A stretch of 59,018 nucleotides of DNA. It comes from a virus (lineage: Duplodnaviria > Caudoviricetes). The position numbers were made by a program, and so were the translations under genes. Shown in pieces: positions 50,085-59,018 of the stretch. How positions within the stretch are numbered: position 1 is the first letter of the stretch; every line of letters begins with the position of its first letter. Below the pieces are notes generated by a model. The model searched no databases and had not been told where the DNA came from. It saw only the letters and a list, made by a program, of their open reading frames with translations. The DNA lies in the IMG/VR virus record IMGVR_UViG_3300027858_000006, positions 1-59,018 of that record. One strand, 5' to 3'.

Positions 50085-50171
50085 ATAATCTATATAGTTA
50101 TACAAACCAATATATATATTTATGTGTGGTATCCAATAATTATATATATATCTATAACAATATAGAATACT
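50085..50171. promoter_or_regulatory. divergent promoter bracketed by an inverted repeat
   Basis: Two TATATATA boxes; TCTATATAGTTATA (50089-50102) and TATAACAATATAGA (50153-50166) match 13/14 as an inverted pair. Confidence 0.65.
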
Positions 50172-50525
50172 ATGAAGTCTATTATAATTGTATTGGTTTT
50201 ATCTATATTGTTAATGTGTATCGCTCCAGCATCCGCAGCATATAATATGTCTGATTTTATGCCCGAAGATCCGATACAGGATATGCAGGACATGGGGGTA
50301 TGGGAATATATAATTTTAATAATAGGGGTATTGTTTGTACTGGCGGTTGTGTCTTCTGCTGGGGCTATACTCATCGGGATGACACAGGGTAACATCGGTA
50401 GTATTATGAAATCAACCACAATGGCAAACCATGGGAGTTTTACAATCCTCAGAACTATCATAATGGTTATCGTGGCATTCATGGCGCTTGGTGTCATATT
50501 CTATTTCATCAATGGTGGAATATGA
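50172..50525 (+). CDS. VirB2/TrbC-like pilin candidate
   Basis: Signal peptide ending ASA plus two further TM helices; 117 aa; first gene of the operon ending in VirB4. Confidence 0.5.
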   Translation: MKSIIIVLVLSILLMCIAPASAAYNMSDFMPEDPIQDMQDMGVWEYIILIIGVLFVLAVVSSAGAILIGMTQGNIGSIMKSTTMANHGSFTILRTIIMVIVAFMALGVIFYFINGGI

Positions 50526-51468
50526 AAACCATTGTTTTTTTTTTCTGATTCTTTTTTTACCTTACATGGCTTCTGCTGAGTTTGATGATATATTTGATAT
50601 TCTTAATGAATCGATCTTAGATGAAGATTGGAATGTTACAATGGAATATCCCACCGCGATCCACGAAACTCAATCACATGAACATATCAGGGGGTGGGTT
50701 GATATTATAGGCTTTAATCAAACTGTTGAGATAAATGGAATTGAATATTATAACCAATCAGAACCCATTGTGGAATATAACGTATGGGGGGATGGTTTTG
50801 GATTTAATGATAATTTAGATTGGGTTGTAGTTGAAGACGACAGGACATATACAACCGGAAACATGACAACAGCAGATATCGATATTCATATGCTCTGGCA
50901 TGAATCCAGTCTGAGATGCAGGACTGTGATGGGCCATACATATTGCTGGATTCATAAAGATTATCATCATGAAAATACAACATTTTCAACAACCGAGCCC
51001 ACCCCACAAGCATATCCAAAGATTGAATCACCACAATGCTATATCACTATTTACAATAATTCATTTAATTCACATATAGAGGTTTTTGTACCCGTTGATA
51101 AATGGCAGAGTAAAGTAAAATACCAGTACAAAAATGAAACGATCATACGATTTAACCAGATCGGGATTATTGAAACCGGCGCAGCAAACATTTCATATAC
51201 AACTCAGTGGAGCCCACCAACAGACAATTTAAAATTCCTAAAAGACAGCATGATTATAACCTGCACCAACACCAGTCAGTTTAATCTATCTCATCTCAAT
51301 GTCACGATATACACACCATATGATAAAAAAAACATAACCGAGTACAATGTAACTGAAATTACTCATGTTCCCGGGAAAGAATTCTATCCATTCTTTTGGC
51401 CGTTCATTGCAATTCTGTTGGTTTATGGAATATGGATTAAATCAAATTTAAAGGGGTTGATGTTATAA
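50522..51468 (+). CDS. secreted, C-terminally anchored glycoprotein-like protein; 5-prime end frameshifted at a T10 tract
   Basis: Signal-peptide-like N-terminus, many N-x-S/T sequons, C-terminal TM; ATG 50522 is in frame only with T11 or T8 at 50535-50544. Confidence 0.6.
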
Positions 51469-52403
51469 AACTTATATATTTCATAGTAATTTTATTGATG
51501 CTAATCCCAGTTAGTTCTGCTGATATCTCTGATCTAATCCCATCAGCAGGCGCCCAGATGATCCACGATGGAATAATGTTCACATTGGTATCCATAGGTG
51601 ATTCGTGTATGGATGCCGGATTCGAAATCAATAATGTCACGAGTGGAGACGCATCAAACAGTACAACAATGAACGCTGTGTTCGGCGTTGCTACATGGAC
51701 ATACGACCCCTATGAAAACGAAGGCATCCGGGATATTATCAAATTGGTAATGTCTGTTTGGTTGATCTTGACAATAATACAGATATTAGCAGGGATCACG
51801 TGGGTAAACATCCATGATACACACCCCAATGCAGCAGAATCACTCTCATTTATAGCAGGAATTAACCACAATTCAACATTTAATAATTATATGACTGGAA
51901 TAAAAGATAATATATTCATAACAATGTTCTCGTATATTGGAATTTATTTAATATTATCATTAAATCTTGTTTTTACAAACATGATAATGTTTTCAATGCT
52001 TGATGTGATAGCTCCAACACCGGATAACATCATGCTGTATACAATGATGGGATTTACATATCTGGTAATGGCGTTCTTTTTCTTGATCCGGTTTCTGGTG
52101 ATCAATATCTTCGCTGCATTTGCTCCGATCCTTGGGGTGATGTACGGGAGTAATTATTTTACCAGGGCGATAGCAGTCAAATCATTTATATTTTTCTGCG
52201 CAATGGTATTCATGCAGACCGTGATTGTATTTTTTACATCAGTAGGACTCATAGCTATAAACGGAATGGGATTTGGATTCGCTTCTAGACCGGGTCCATA
52301 TATCGCATTGTGTATCCTGCTTGTTATAATTGCAGTGGTAATGATGGTCGGCTGGGCATTTATACGCAGATCAAGCAGAACAGTTATAAATTTAGTTGCA
52401 TGA
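51465..52403 (+). CDS. VirB6/TrbL-like polytopic membrane protein
   Basis: Signal peptide + ~6 TM helices; FFLIRFLVINIFAAFAPI resembles the VirB6 R...l....aPl motif; start ATA 51465 or TTG/ATG 51495-51498. Confidence 0.6.
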   Translation: MKLIYFIVILLMLIPVSSADISDLIPSAGAQMIHDGIMFTLVSIGDSCMDAGFEINNVTSGDASNSTTMNAVFGVATWTYDPYENEGIRDIIKLVMSVWLILTIIQILAGITWVNIHDTHPNAAESLSFIAGINHNSTFNNYMTGIKDNIFITMFSYIGIYLILSLNLVFTNMIMFSMLDVIAPTPDNIMLYTMMGFTYLVMAFFFLIRFLVINIFAAFAPILGVMYGSNYFTRAIAVKSFIFFCAMVFMQTVIVFFTSVGLIAINGMGFGFASRPGPYIALCILLVIIAVVMMVGWAFIRRSSRTVINLVA

Positions 52404-52413
52404 GGTTAAAAAT

Positions 52414-53274
52414 ATGTCAAAACATGAAAACAAAAGCGTTCCAAAATCATTAATCTATCACAGTAAAAATACAATTAGCATGTTCTCAAAACAGTGGCTA
52501 ACAGTAACATTATTATGGGCTTTTGTAATTGTGATTGTCTCGGGAATAATCATTAATTTTGTGCATAACCGAATTTGTCTTATATTGTTGTTGTGTGTGC
52601 TGATTGTGTGGATTATGCTATGGGTTAAATTGTTCAGGTCAGAGGCTGTGATCACTCGCACTATTTTAACAGTGAAGTACTATCTGCGCAAGGACGCAGG
52701 CATGACCTACCTGCCAAAATTCACAATGCAGCCGAAGGTCATTGAGAAATATTTCCCTGTGTTACATGTGCATGAAGGCGGAGTAATTGAATACACACAA
52801 AACCGATTTGGGGTGCTCATGGATATGGATACCCCACGGGTGGATAAAAACAACCTGGATACACATTTACATGGCATTACATCTACATTAAATTCATTAA
52901 ATCCAGGTGATGTTTTCAAAACGTTTGCGTGCTCTCGTTTGGTAACTCAAAAACCCATCCTGTCTGATATACTAGACTCCACCAATGACCCGGACAAATC
53001 ACAAACACAAAGAGATCATCTTTATTCAATGTATGACCAGCTCACTGATGAAAAAGAACATAATGATGTAGTACACTGGCATTCGTCAGCATCATTGAGT
53101 TTTAATAATTCTGTAAAATCTATTGAAGATGCCAGGATTGTATCACAAAACACCATCCCGGGTCTCACCAAAATCATTAAAAAATCCGGTGTGCGCTTAT
53201 ACCCACTCGAGGACCCAACTGATATCACTATGACATACTATCAAACAATCATGCAAAAGGAAGTGAAAATCTAA
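52414..53274 (+). CDS. PrgI/VirB3-like 2-TM protein with cytoplasmic domain
   Basis: Two N-terminal TMs, then EGGVIEY...FGVLM...LNSL; directly precedes VirB4. Confidence 0.5.
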   Translation: MSKHENKSVPKSLIYHSKNTISMFSKQWLTVTLLWAFVIVIVSGIIINFVHNRICLILLLCVLIVWIMLWVKLFRSEAVITRTILTVKYYLRKDAGMTYLPKFTMQPKVIEKYFPVLHVHEGGVIEYTQNRFGVLMDMDTPRVDKNNLDTHLHGITSTLNSLNPGDVFKTFACSRLVTQKPILSDILDSTNDPDKSQTQRDHLYSMYDQLTDEKEHNDVVHWHSSASLSFNNSVKSIEDARIVSQNTIPGLTKIIKKSGVRLYPLEDPTDITMTYYQTIMQKEVKI

Positions 53275-55694
53275 TGTGGATCACAGATAAGATACGGAAT
53301 GTTCAGCACCAGCACGGCAATGCAGTGGCCGCAGCAAAAACAGAGATATACTGGGATTCAATAGCCAAACAAATTGAACCCGAGCTCATCGAGGAGCTCC
53401 CTGGATATCTAGTGATCAACCAAGACACTTTTGTAAAATCTATCGTCGTTGGTATTCCAATTTCCAAAGCGGACGGCTGGCCTGCTGGTTTGTCTCCTGA
53501 ATTTCAGGACCAAATACTCGACACCGGTATGTCTGAAGGCTGCACAATATCGATATCTAGTACATTTATCCAAGTGCCACAAGATGAAGCCCTTGCATTG
53601 TTAGAGGGGGTTATGTTCAACAATAGCAGCAACAGAGAGATTAGTGCTACAAGGAACCCAGACGGCACCGCATCTCAATATTTAGAAGTAGATAAAAAAG
53701 GATATCTATATGACTATGAACAAATCAAACTAGGAACACAAAAAATGTTTCATGTTGCATACATCATCACGATATGGGCAGACGATATGGATACAATGTA
53801 TAGAGCAACATCACATATAGAATCCGTACTGGGTAGCCATAATATTTTAAAACAATATCCAATCCACAGGATGCTAGATGCGTTCCTGGCATCACTCCCG
53901 TTCCCAACCGTTGTTGATTTTGCATTTACTCAAATGTTATCGGGGTATGCCAGTATGTTGCCGTGCACCCGCAACCCCAACTCAAGAACGGACGACACCG
54001 GATTGTTGTTTGGGCACGACACCAAAACTAAAAACGAAGTCGTGGTTGACATAGACCAATTACCAGCAGGGCACATGATGTTGGTTGGCCCAACCGGCGC
54101 CGGAAAAACATATCTATTGTACCTGCTGCTTATGCGGTCATTTAGCCAACAAGGGAACCGGGTAATCCTTGTAAATCCCAAGAAAGACACAGGCACATCT
54201 TGTGAATCTATTGTGGAATATTTCAACAAAGATCAACAGATCGCATCGTTTATAAATATAGGACCAGGGTACAATAATATAAATATATTACAAATTCTTT
54301 TTGATGAAAATATTATATCATCTGGTACTTGGGACTCAATAAGCATGTATGATTATCAGAAAGTATTGATCTCTCAGTTTTTTCAAGTCTGGTTTAAGGA
54401 TACCTTTTCACCCAACATGGATAATTATCTTGATAAAACACTTACAGAAGTATGGAACGCACATGGGATATACAGAGAGAACCCTGAATCCTGGAATGGC
54501 GCAGACTGGCCGACCCTCTCAGACCTGCGGGCCAGGTGGGAACTGGACCTCAAAAACAAATCGAGAGATTATGTTACAGCCGAAGCCATGCTGAATAAAA
54601 CATTTATCCTTGGTCCAGATGGCCGCTTATCATACATGAACCAAAAAACCGATATCGACATCTCAAAAGATTTTATTGTATTAGATATCAGTAATGTTCC
54701 TGATGATATCCAGGACGCAATGAATATCTTTTTAACGGGAGTTATGGCCCTAAGATTCAAAACAGATGCAATGAAAAAAACCATCATTGCTATTGATGAA
54801 GCAGGGGTATTTTTCAGGAATCCCAAACTATCCAATTTTATATTGAAATTGATAACACAGGGAAGAAGTTTTAATATTTCACTTTGGTTGGCAACTCAGC
54901 AAATGGTCGACTTGAAAAAGGCCGACCTTATGGAAGAGGTCAGGACAAATATCTTCTTAGATGTAATCCTTGGAGCTAATTTAAAGGACGATACTATGAA
55001 ATATGTCCAGACATACTTCAACTTATCACAGAATGATGTGTCTAACCTGCTCGATGCTGACGTTGGTGAAGGTATCTTAAAAGTAGATGGTGAGAGTACC
55101 CCAGTCACCTTTAAATCTACATCACTTGAACATTCAATTATCAAAGGAAATTATCAAGAAAAAACATCTACTGATAGTGTTATCGTTACATTGCCCGAAG
55201 TTACAAAAATCACAAAAGATCAAGGTTTTTATGTTGATGATTGGATCGTGGGTAACTCACTTGAGATCATGCCAACACATGGATTTGAGCCACTTAAAGC
55301 ACAGAATCCCGTCGGTGCTGGTCAAGTGCGAGTATGGGTTCCAGCCGGCGCCGTGACCAACAACAAGATCATGAATCAATCGTTTGATCATTTCGCTACA
55401 GTGGTTATCATTGCTGGATACCTAGCGCAAAAAGGTTACACTATTGAGATAAATCACTGGAACGATGCAGACATTATAGCTACAAAAGATGATTATAAAT
55501 TAGCTATAGAGTACGAACGACCGGGCAGCCACACCGAGAAGGAACTTGTTGATAAGAAAATGCGAGCTGAAAAGCAACATGGGGCGGTGTTATTTGTTGG
55601 CCAATCCAGCAATATTAAACAACTTCGTTCAGTCGGAATCGCTGTGCAGCGAGGGGCTGAACTTGTAGAATACATAGATGAGATAAAAACATGA
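53274..55694 (+). CDS. virB4: VirB4-family ATPase with C-terminal PD-(D/E)xK-like domain
   Basis: GLLFGHD, HMMLVGPTGAGKT (Walker A), WPTLSDL, IVLDIS, IAIDEAG (Walker B), QGRSFNISLWLATQQMVD, GEGIL; tail DADIIATKDDYKLAIEYE. Confidence 0.8.
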   Translation: MWITDKIRNVQHQHGNAVAAAKTEIYWDSIAKQIEPELIEELPGYLVINQDTFVKSIVVGIPISKADGWPAGLSPEFQDQILDTGMSEGCTISISSTFIQVPQDEALALLEGVMFNNSSNREISATRNPDGTASQYLEVDKKGYLYDYEQIKLGTQKMFHVAYIITIWADDMDTMYRATSHIESVLGSHNILKQYPIHRMLDAFLASLPFPTVVDFAFTQMLSGYASMLPCTRNPNSRTDDTGLLFGHDTKTKNEVVVDIDQLPAGHMMLVGPTGAGKTYLLYLLLMRSFSQQGNRVILVNPKKDTGTSCESIVEYFNKDQQIASFINIGPGYNNINILQILFDENIISSGTWDSISMYDYQKVLISQFFQVWFKDTFSPNMDNYLDKTLTEVWNAHGIYRENPESWNGADWPTLSDLRARWELDLKNKSRDYVTAEAMLNKTFILGPDGRLSYMNQKTDIDISKDFIVLDISNVPDDIQDAMNIFLTGVMALRFKTDAMKKTIIAIDEAGVFFRNPKLSNFILKLITQGRSFNISLWLATQQMVDLKKADLMEEVRTNIFLDVILGANLKDDTMKYVQTYFNLSQNDVSNLLDADVGEGILKVDGESTPVTFKSTSLEHSIIKGNYQEKTSTDSVIVTLPEVTKITKDQGFYVDDWIVGNSLEIMPTHGFEPLKAQNPVGAGQVRVWVPAGAVTNNKIMNQSFDHFATVVIIAGYLAQKGYTIEINHWNDADIIATKDDYKLAIEYERPGSHTEKELVDKKMRAEKQHGAVLFVGQSSNIKQLRSVGIAVQRGAELVEYIDEIKT

Positions 55695-55795
55695 ATCATG
55701 CAATCGGAGATGTTATTACATGTTATTTTTAGAAAACAAGGGTTGTTTGGGCTGGAATCGCAGCGGTACATATATCATATCAGGGGACTGGAACA

Positions 55796-55981
55796 ATGAC
55801 TGAAGCTATAAAAAATGTTAATACAAAACTACCGCTTATCATACTGATACTGGTATGTATTTGTGTATGTGCATGTCTGTGTTATTTTATTTCGTGTGTA
55901 TTACATCTACCACAATTTACGGTTGTTCTGGGTGGTATATTGGCATCGTGGATGTTAGGAGTATATCTGATAACACGGTGA
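55796..55981 (+). CDS. small 2-TM membrane protein
   Basis: Two hydrophobic helices; end of the VirB4 operon. Confidence 0.55.
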   Translation: MTEAIKNVNTKLPLIILILVCICVCACLCYFISCVLHLPQFTVVLGGILASWMLGVYLITR

Positions 55982-56005
55982 CTTGTGTGGTTAAAAAAAA
56001 ACAAT

Positions 56006-56403
56006 TTAAATAATAATTTGTATGATTGATATTATCATACCTACTATTATTATAATCAAACCCAGCCAATGACACAGATTTGATCCCAGCGGCATGTCAA
56101 ATATATTGAATGTCATTCCCATTAAAAATAATATTAGTGCAGCTGGTAACCAATAATAAAACAAAACCAATGCTAGGAAATATATATTTACCAGTATAAT
56201 ATATTTCAAAAATGATATTATTGGCCAAATGGATTGTATTTTAACAACATAATTAAAATCCATGTCGTTAAAATCCCTCCGATAACCGAATATATGAGTT
56301 GGATATCATATAAATCAGTTATAATAGTCCCCAACCCCACACCAAATATAATCATAATCAATCCAAAGATTAATTCGGTGGCTATGTCTATTTCGTCGAT
56401 CAT
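56006..56403 (-). CDS. two small membrane proteins (56006-56263, 56218-56403)
   Basis: Almost entirely hydrophobic ORFs. Confidence 0.5.
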
Positions 56404-56863
56404 TTTATTTTACACCTCTGTTTTAACTAATCAGGTTGCAATACTTGTAACTCTAGGCAAAAATTATCATATTTATGCCCTTTATACAATGGACATTCCC
56501 GGCACTCGATTCCATAACATCCATTTTTCATAATCAGCTCTATTGCTGCTATGATTTTTTCTTTACTCATTGTTTTCCTCCTTGTATTTGATTAAATCAT
56601 TAATCACATCTGAGACGCTCATTAGTTTTGATGTGCGGTGATCCAATATCCACTCCCTCACAATGTCGTCAATTCTTACAACCTTTGACATTAGTATCAC
56701 CTCTTACGGGAATATACAGCATACCCGCCCTTGATTTTAATCACTCTTGCCCGGTATCCCTTGTTTCTGAATTCTTTGGCTTCATCTCTTGCATCTGTCT
56801 TCTTACCGAATTCATCTTCCCAGGTATACTCAAGTCCGTTGATTACTTTTTTTATTGCCATAT

Positions 56864-57136
56864 TCATTTCTCCATTTTTTTTAACATATCCTCGTGTGAT
56901 ATGCTCATTGTTTTTTTCACTGCGTCGTCTTTTTTCTGTCTTGCCTGTGCAACCTCATCAATTTGATCTTGTGTAATTCCTAGTTTGATGTTTGCAGACA
57001 TCGCAGACAGTTTGATGTCAAGGTTGTGTTTTACCCTGTACATCTTTTTAGCGTCGGTGGATGTATCCGCTTCAATAATCTCTGCTGTGTGCTTTTTGCC
57101 CTTTTCCATCACTTTCCATTGTTTAACCATTTTCAT
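56864..57136 (-). CDS. hypothetical protein
   Basis: SD GAGG and upstream TATA palindrome. Confidence 0.55.
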   Translation of the reverse strand: MKMVKQWKVMEKGKKHTAEIIEADTSTDAKKMYRVKHNLDIKLSAMSANIKLGITQDQIDEVAQARQKKDDAVKKTMSISHEDMLKKMEK

Positions 57137-57413
57137 TCCTCTTGTAGTATTTGACTACAATGTATACTATGTTATAATACTATATATAGATACCGTCACC
57201 TTTGCGTAGCGTTTATGGTAAAAAAGGCACATCAGCACAATATCATGTGCCCATGTCAATCTTCTAGTTTAAATCTGGTTTTACAATCAATACACTCAAC
57301 TTCATCATCACTTTCTGATATTGTAAAAACCAGACCACCACATAGACAACAGTAATCTATGTGTTCTAAATAATATCTAGATGTGTGTGGTGCCATATTA
57401 ATTATTCTATATA

Positions 57414-57767
57414 TTATTCAAAAACAAGCGGCTTGTTGATTTTAATAGCGTGGTTGATCAACTTGATATATTTATCTGACTGATCCAAATAATCTATTCC
57501 AAATCGTTTGATTTCATGAATTTCTTTTAACAGTTTGTGTAACTGATTAACAGTATACAATCCATCACAATCGGAATGACATAATATCAACTGAAATGGT
57601 TCATCAGTCCAAGGAGTTACCCCTCCAAATCCAACCATCTCGTTTAGATTAAAACCTACGGATTTTGCTATTTGTTCCCTCCAGTGGTGGTAACCACCAT
57701 ATGAGCCCATTTCTTCGCACATATACTCAGCAGATTCGTATTCACCGACACGTATATTCAATCCCAT
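57414..57767 (-). CDS. conserved phage hypothetical protein (HSDCDG motif)
   Basis: GSYGGYHHWR...HSDCDG; SD GGAGG. Confidence 0.65.
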   Translation of the reverse strand: MGLNIRVGEYESAEYMCEEMGSYGGYHHWREQIAKSVGFNLNEMVGFGGVTPWTDEPFQLILCHSDCDGLYTVNQLHKLLKEIHEIKRFGIDYLDQSDKYIKLINHAIKINKPLVFE

Positions 57768-57877
57768 GTTTCATTCCTCCTTTTCTCTTTCTACTTCTAG
57801 TTCCTGATCAAGTATTTGCAGTGCTTCATAGTGATAGTCTATTCTATCAATAACCGCCTGTGGTATTCTTGCCATAT

Positions 57878-58135
57878 TCATTCCCCAATCTCAATCACAT
57901 AAGCCCGCACCCACTTTCCAGCGAACCTCCTGCCTATTGAGATCTGTCCGTTTGTGGACACCGGGGTTTGTGATTCGGCCACTGTTAACAGGTCTGAGTT
58001 GGGGATATACACAGTGGTCCACGGTTCTCTAATTTCAACCGCACAGCGGTAATCAATCCTGTGTGCAATGTCTCGCTGCAGTCTTGCGAGCTCTTTTTTG
58101 CTTTGTGTTTCATCTGCTTCGATTATAATCTTCAT
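57878..58135 (-). CDS. DUF2080/AbrB-like domain protein
   Basis: C-terminal VSTNGQISIGRRFAGKWVRAYVI. Confidence 0.5.
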   Translation of the reverse strand: MKIIIEADETQSKKELARLQRDIAHRIDYRCAVEIREPWTTVYIPNSDLLTVAESQTPVSTNGQISIGRRFAGKWVRAYVIEIGE

Positions 58136-58170
58136 AAATATCACCAAAAAAATTTAGTTTGTATCATAAA

Positions 58171-58776
58171 TTATGACATGCAAACAGCACCCCATAGATA
58201 TTCCGCAATGAATTCTTGAATAATCTCCGTGGCATCTTCCGAATATTGATCCCACTCGTCGGGATTATCAACGTGAGTGTACCATATACCGCTGCCAATG
58301 TGAAACACATCTATCAATGAGTATATTTGATCAACATACATGTTGTACTTGTCCACCACATCTTGGTCATCTGGCTCCATATCATCACAATATGGCCTCA
58401 TGCCCGCCACCTCAGTTGTAGTGGTTTGATTGGGGTAAGGACAGCCGTACTTATTCCATATGTTGTTTATTTTTTCAACACATGAACTTAAAATTTCATC
58501 ATCCATTCCATGTTCAAATTCTGATTCCATGCTCATATTGTTTCACTCCTGGACTGCAAAACCATATACAATATCTATCAGTTCATCCCGTTTATACATT
58601 AGATAGTGTTCTCCCGTGATCTCTGTTACTTGTCTTTCCAATTCTTGGTTGGTCATTTTACTGACCTGATTATATAATTCTTCATTATTCATATTCATTT
58701 CATCAAACATTCCAGATTCGATGTCCCTGATTGCCGTTTCGGCTAGGACATCGATTTTTGTTATGATTTCGTTCAT
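58171..58776 (-). CDS. two acidic hypothetical early proteins (58171-58536, 58543-58776)
   Basis: Leftward ORFs downstream of a TATA palindrome. Confidence 0.55.
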
Positions 58777-58863
58777 TGTAATTTCATTCCTAGGACATTG
58801 TCCCATATACTACATTGTTTCATATCTATATATAGTTGTCGGACATTGTAGTATATTATGAAT

Positions 58864-59018
58864 TTATTTGTCGGTATCCAATATCTTTACATAGTTCCTG
58901 CGGCACCACTGCCGAACAAACCCAGAATACTTCTCAACAGCCCTACCCCTGCTTCCAACAAAAGATACCTGTATCCTGTTTTCTAATGAATTCATAGTTT
59001 CAATCTTAGATGCCTCAC
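58864..59018 (-). CDS. C-terminal part of the ERCC4-family nuclease begun at 719
   Basis: Open frame entering from the window end: EASKIETMNSLENRIQVSFVGSRGRAVEKYSGFVRQWCRRNYVKILDTDK*, resembling the final helix-strand-helix of ERCC4 domains. Confidence 0.6.
   Translation of the reverse strand, partial: EASKIETMNSLENRIQVSFVGSRGRAVEKYSGFVRQWCRRNYVKILDTDK

Overview
The window looks like the essentially complete, circular or circularly permuted ~59 kb genome of a head-tailed archaeal virus (Caudoviricetes, siphovirus-type, short tail). The two ends carry the N- and C-terminal parts of one ERCC4-family nuclease gene. Archaeal TATA boxes and GGTGA/GGAGG Shine-Dalgarno sites, a stand-alone NrdD-like glycyl-radical domain, COG3620-like HTH proteins and a DNRLRE-type tail protein point to an anaerobic Methanosarcinales-like host (inference). 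Layout: leftward early/recombination genes (1-5930, 56000-59018); a leftward head operon (terminase, portal, MuF, protease, scaffold, MCP, then ~11 kb of fibre/lectin-like genes); a divergent rightward tail operon with a -1 frameshifted chaperone and three inserted endonucleases; a DnaG-type primase/DUF927-helicase next to an iteron origin. No integrase, DNA polymerase or partition ATPase was recognised. Main candidates for novelty: (1) a minimal type-IV-secretion-like operon (pilin-like, membrane protein, VirB6-like, PrgI/VirB3-like, VirB4 ATPase with a C-terminal nuclease-like domain) with no relaxase or coupling protein, an out-of-frame poly-T tract, and a divergent lipoprotein plus AbrB regulator; (2) a 22-aa copy of the capsid N-arm inside the portal protein; (3) a shared 'hairpin carrying a copy of the 5-prime UTR' layout upstream of two endonuclease genes; (4) a structured intergenic RNA region with tRNA-like elements and a two-codon minigene. 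All family calls come from reading motifs by eye, not from database searches.
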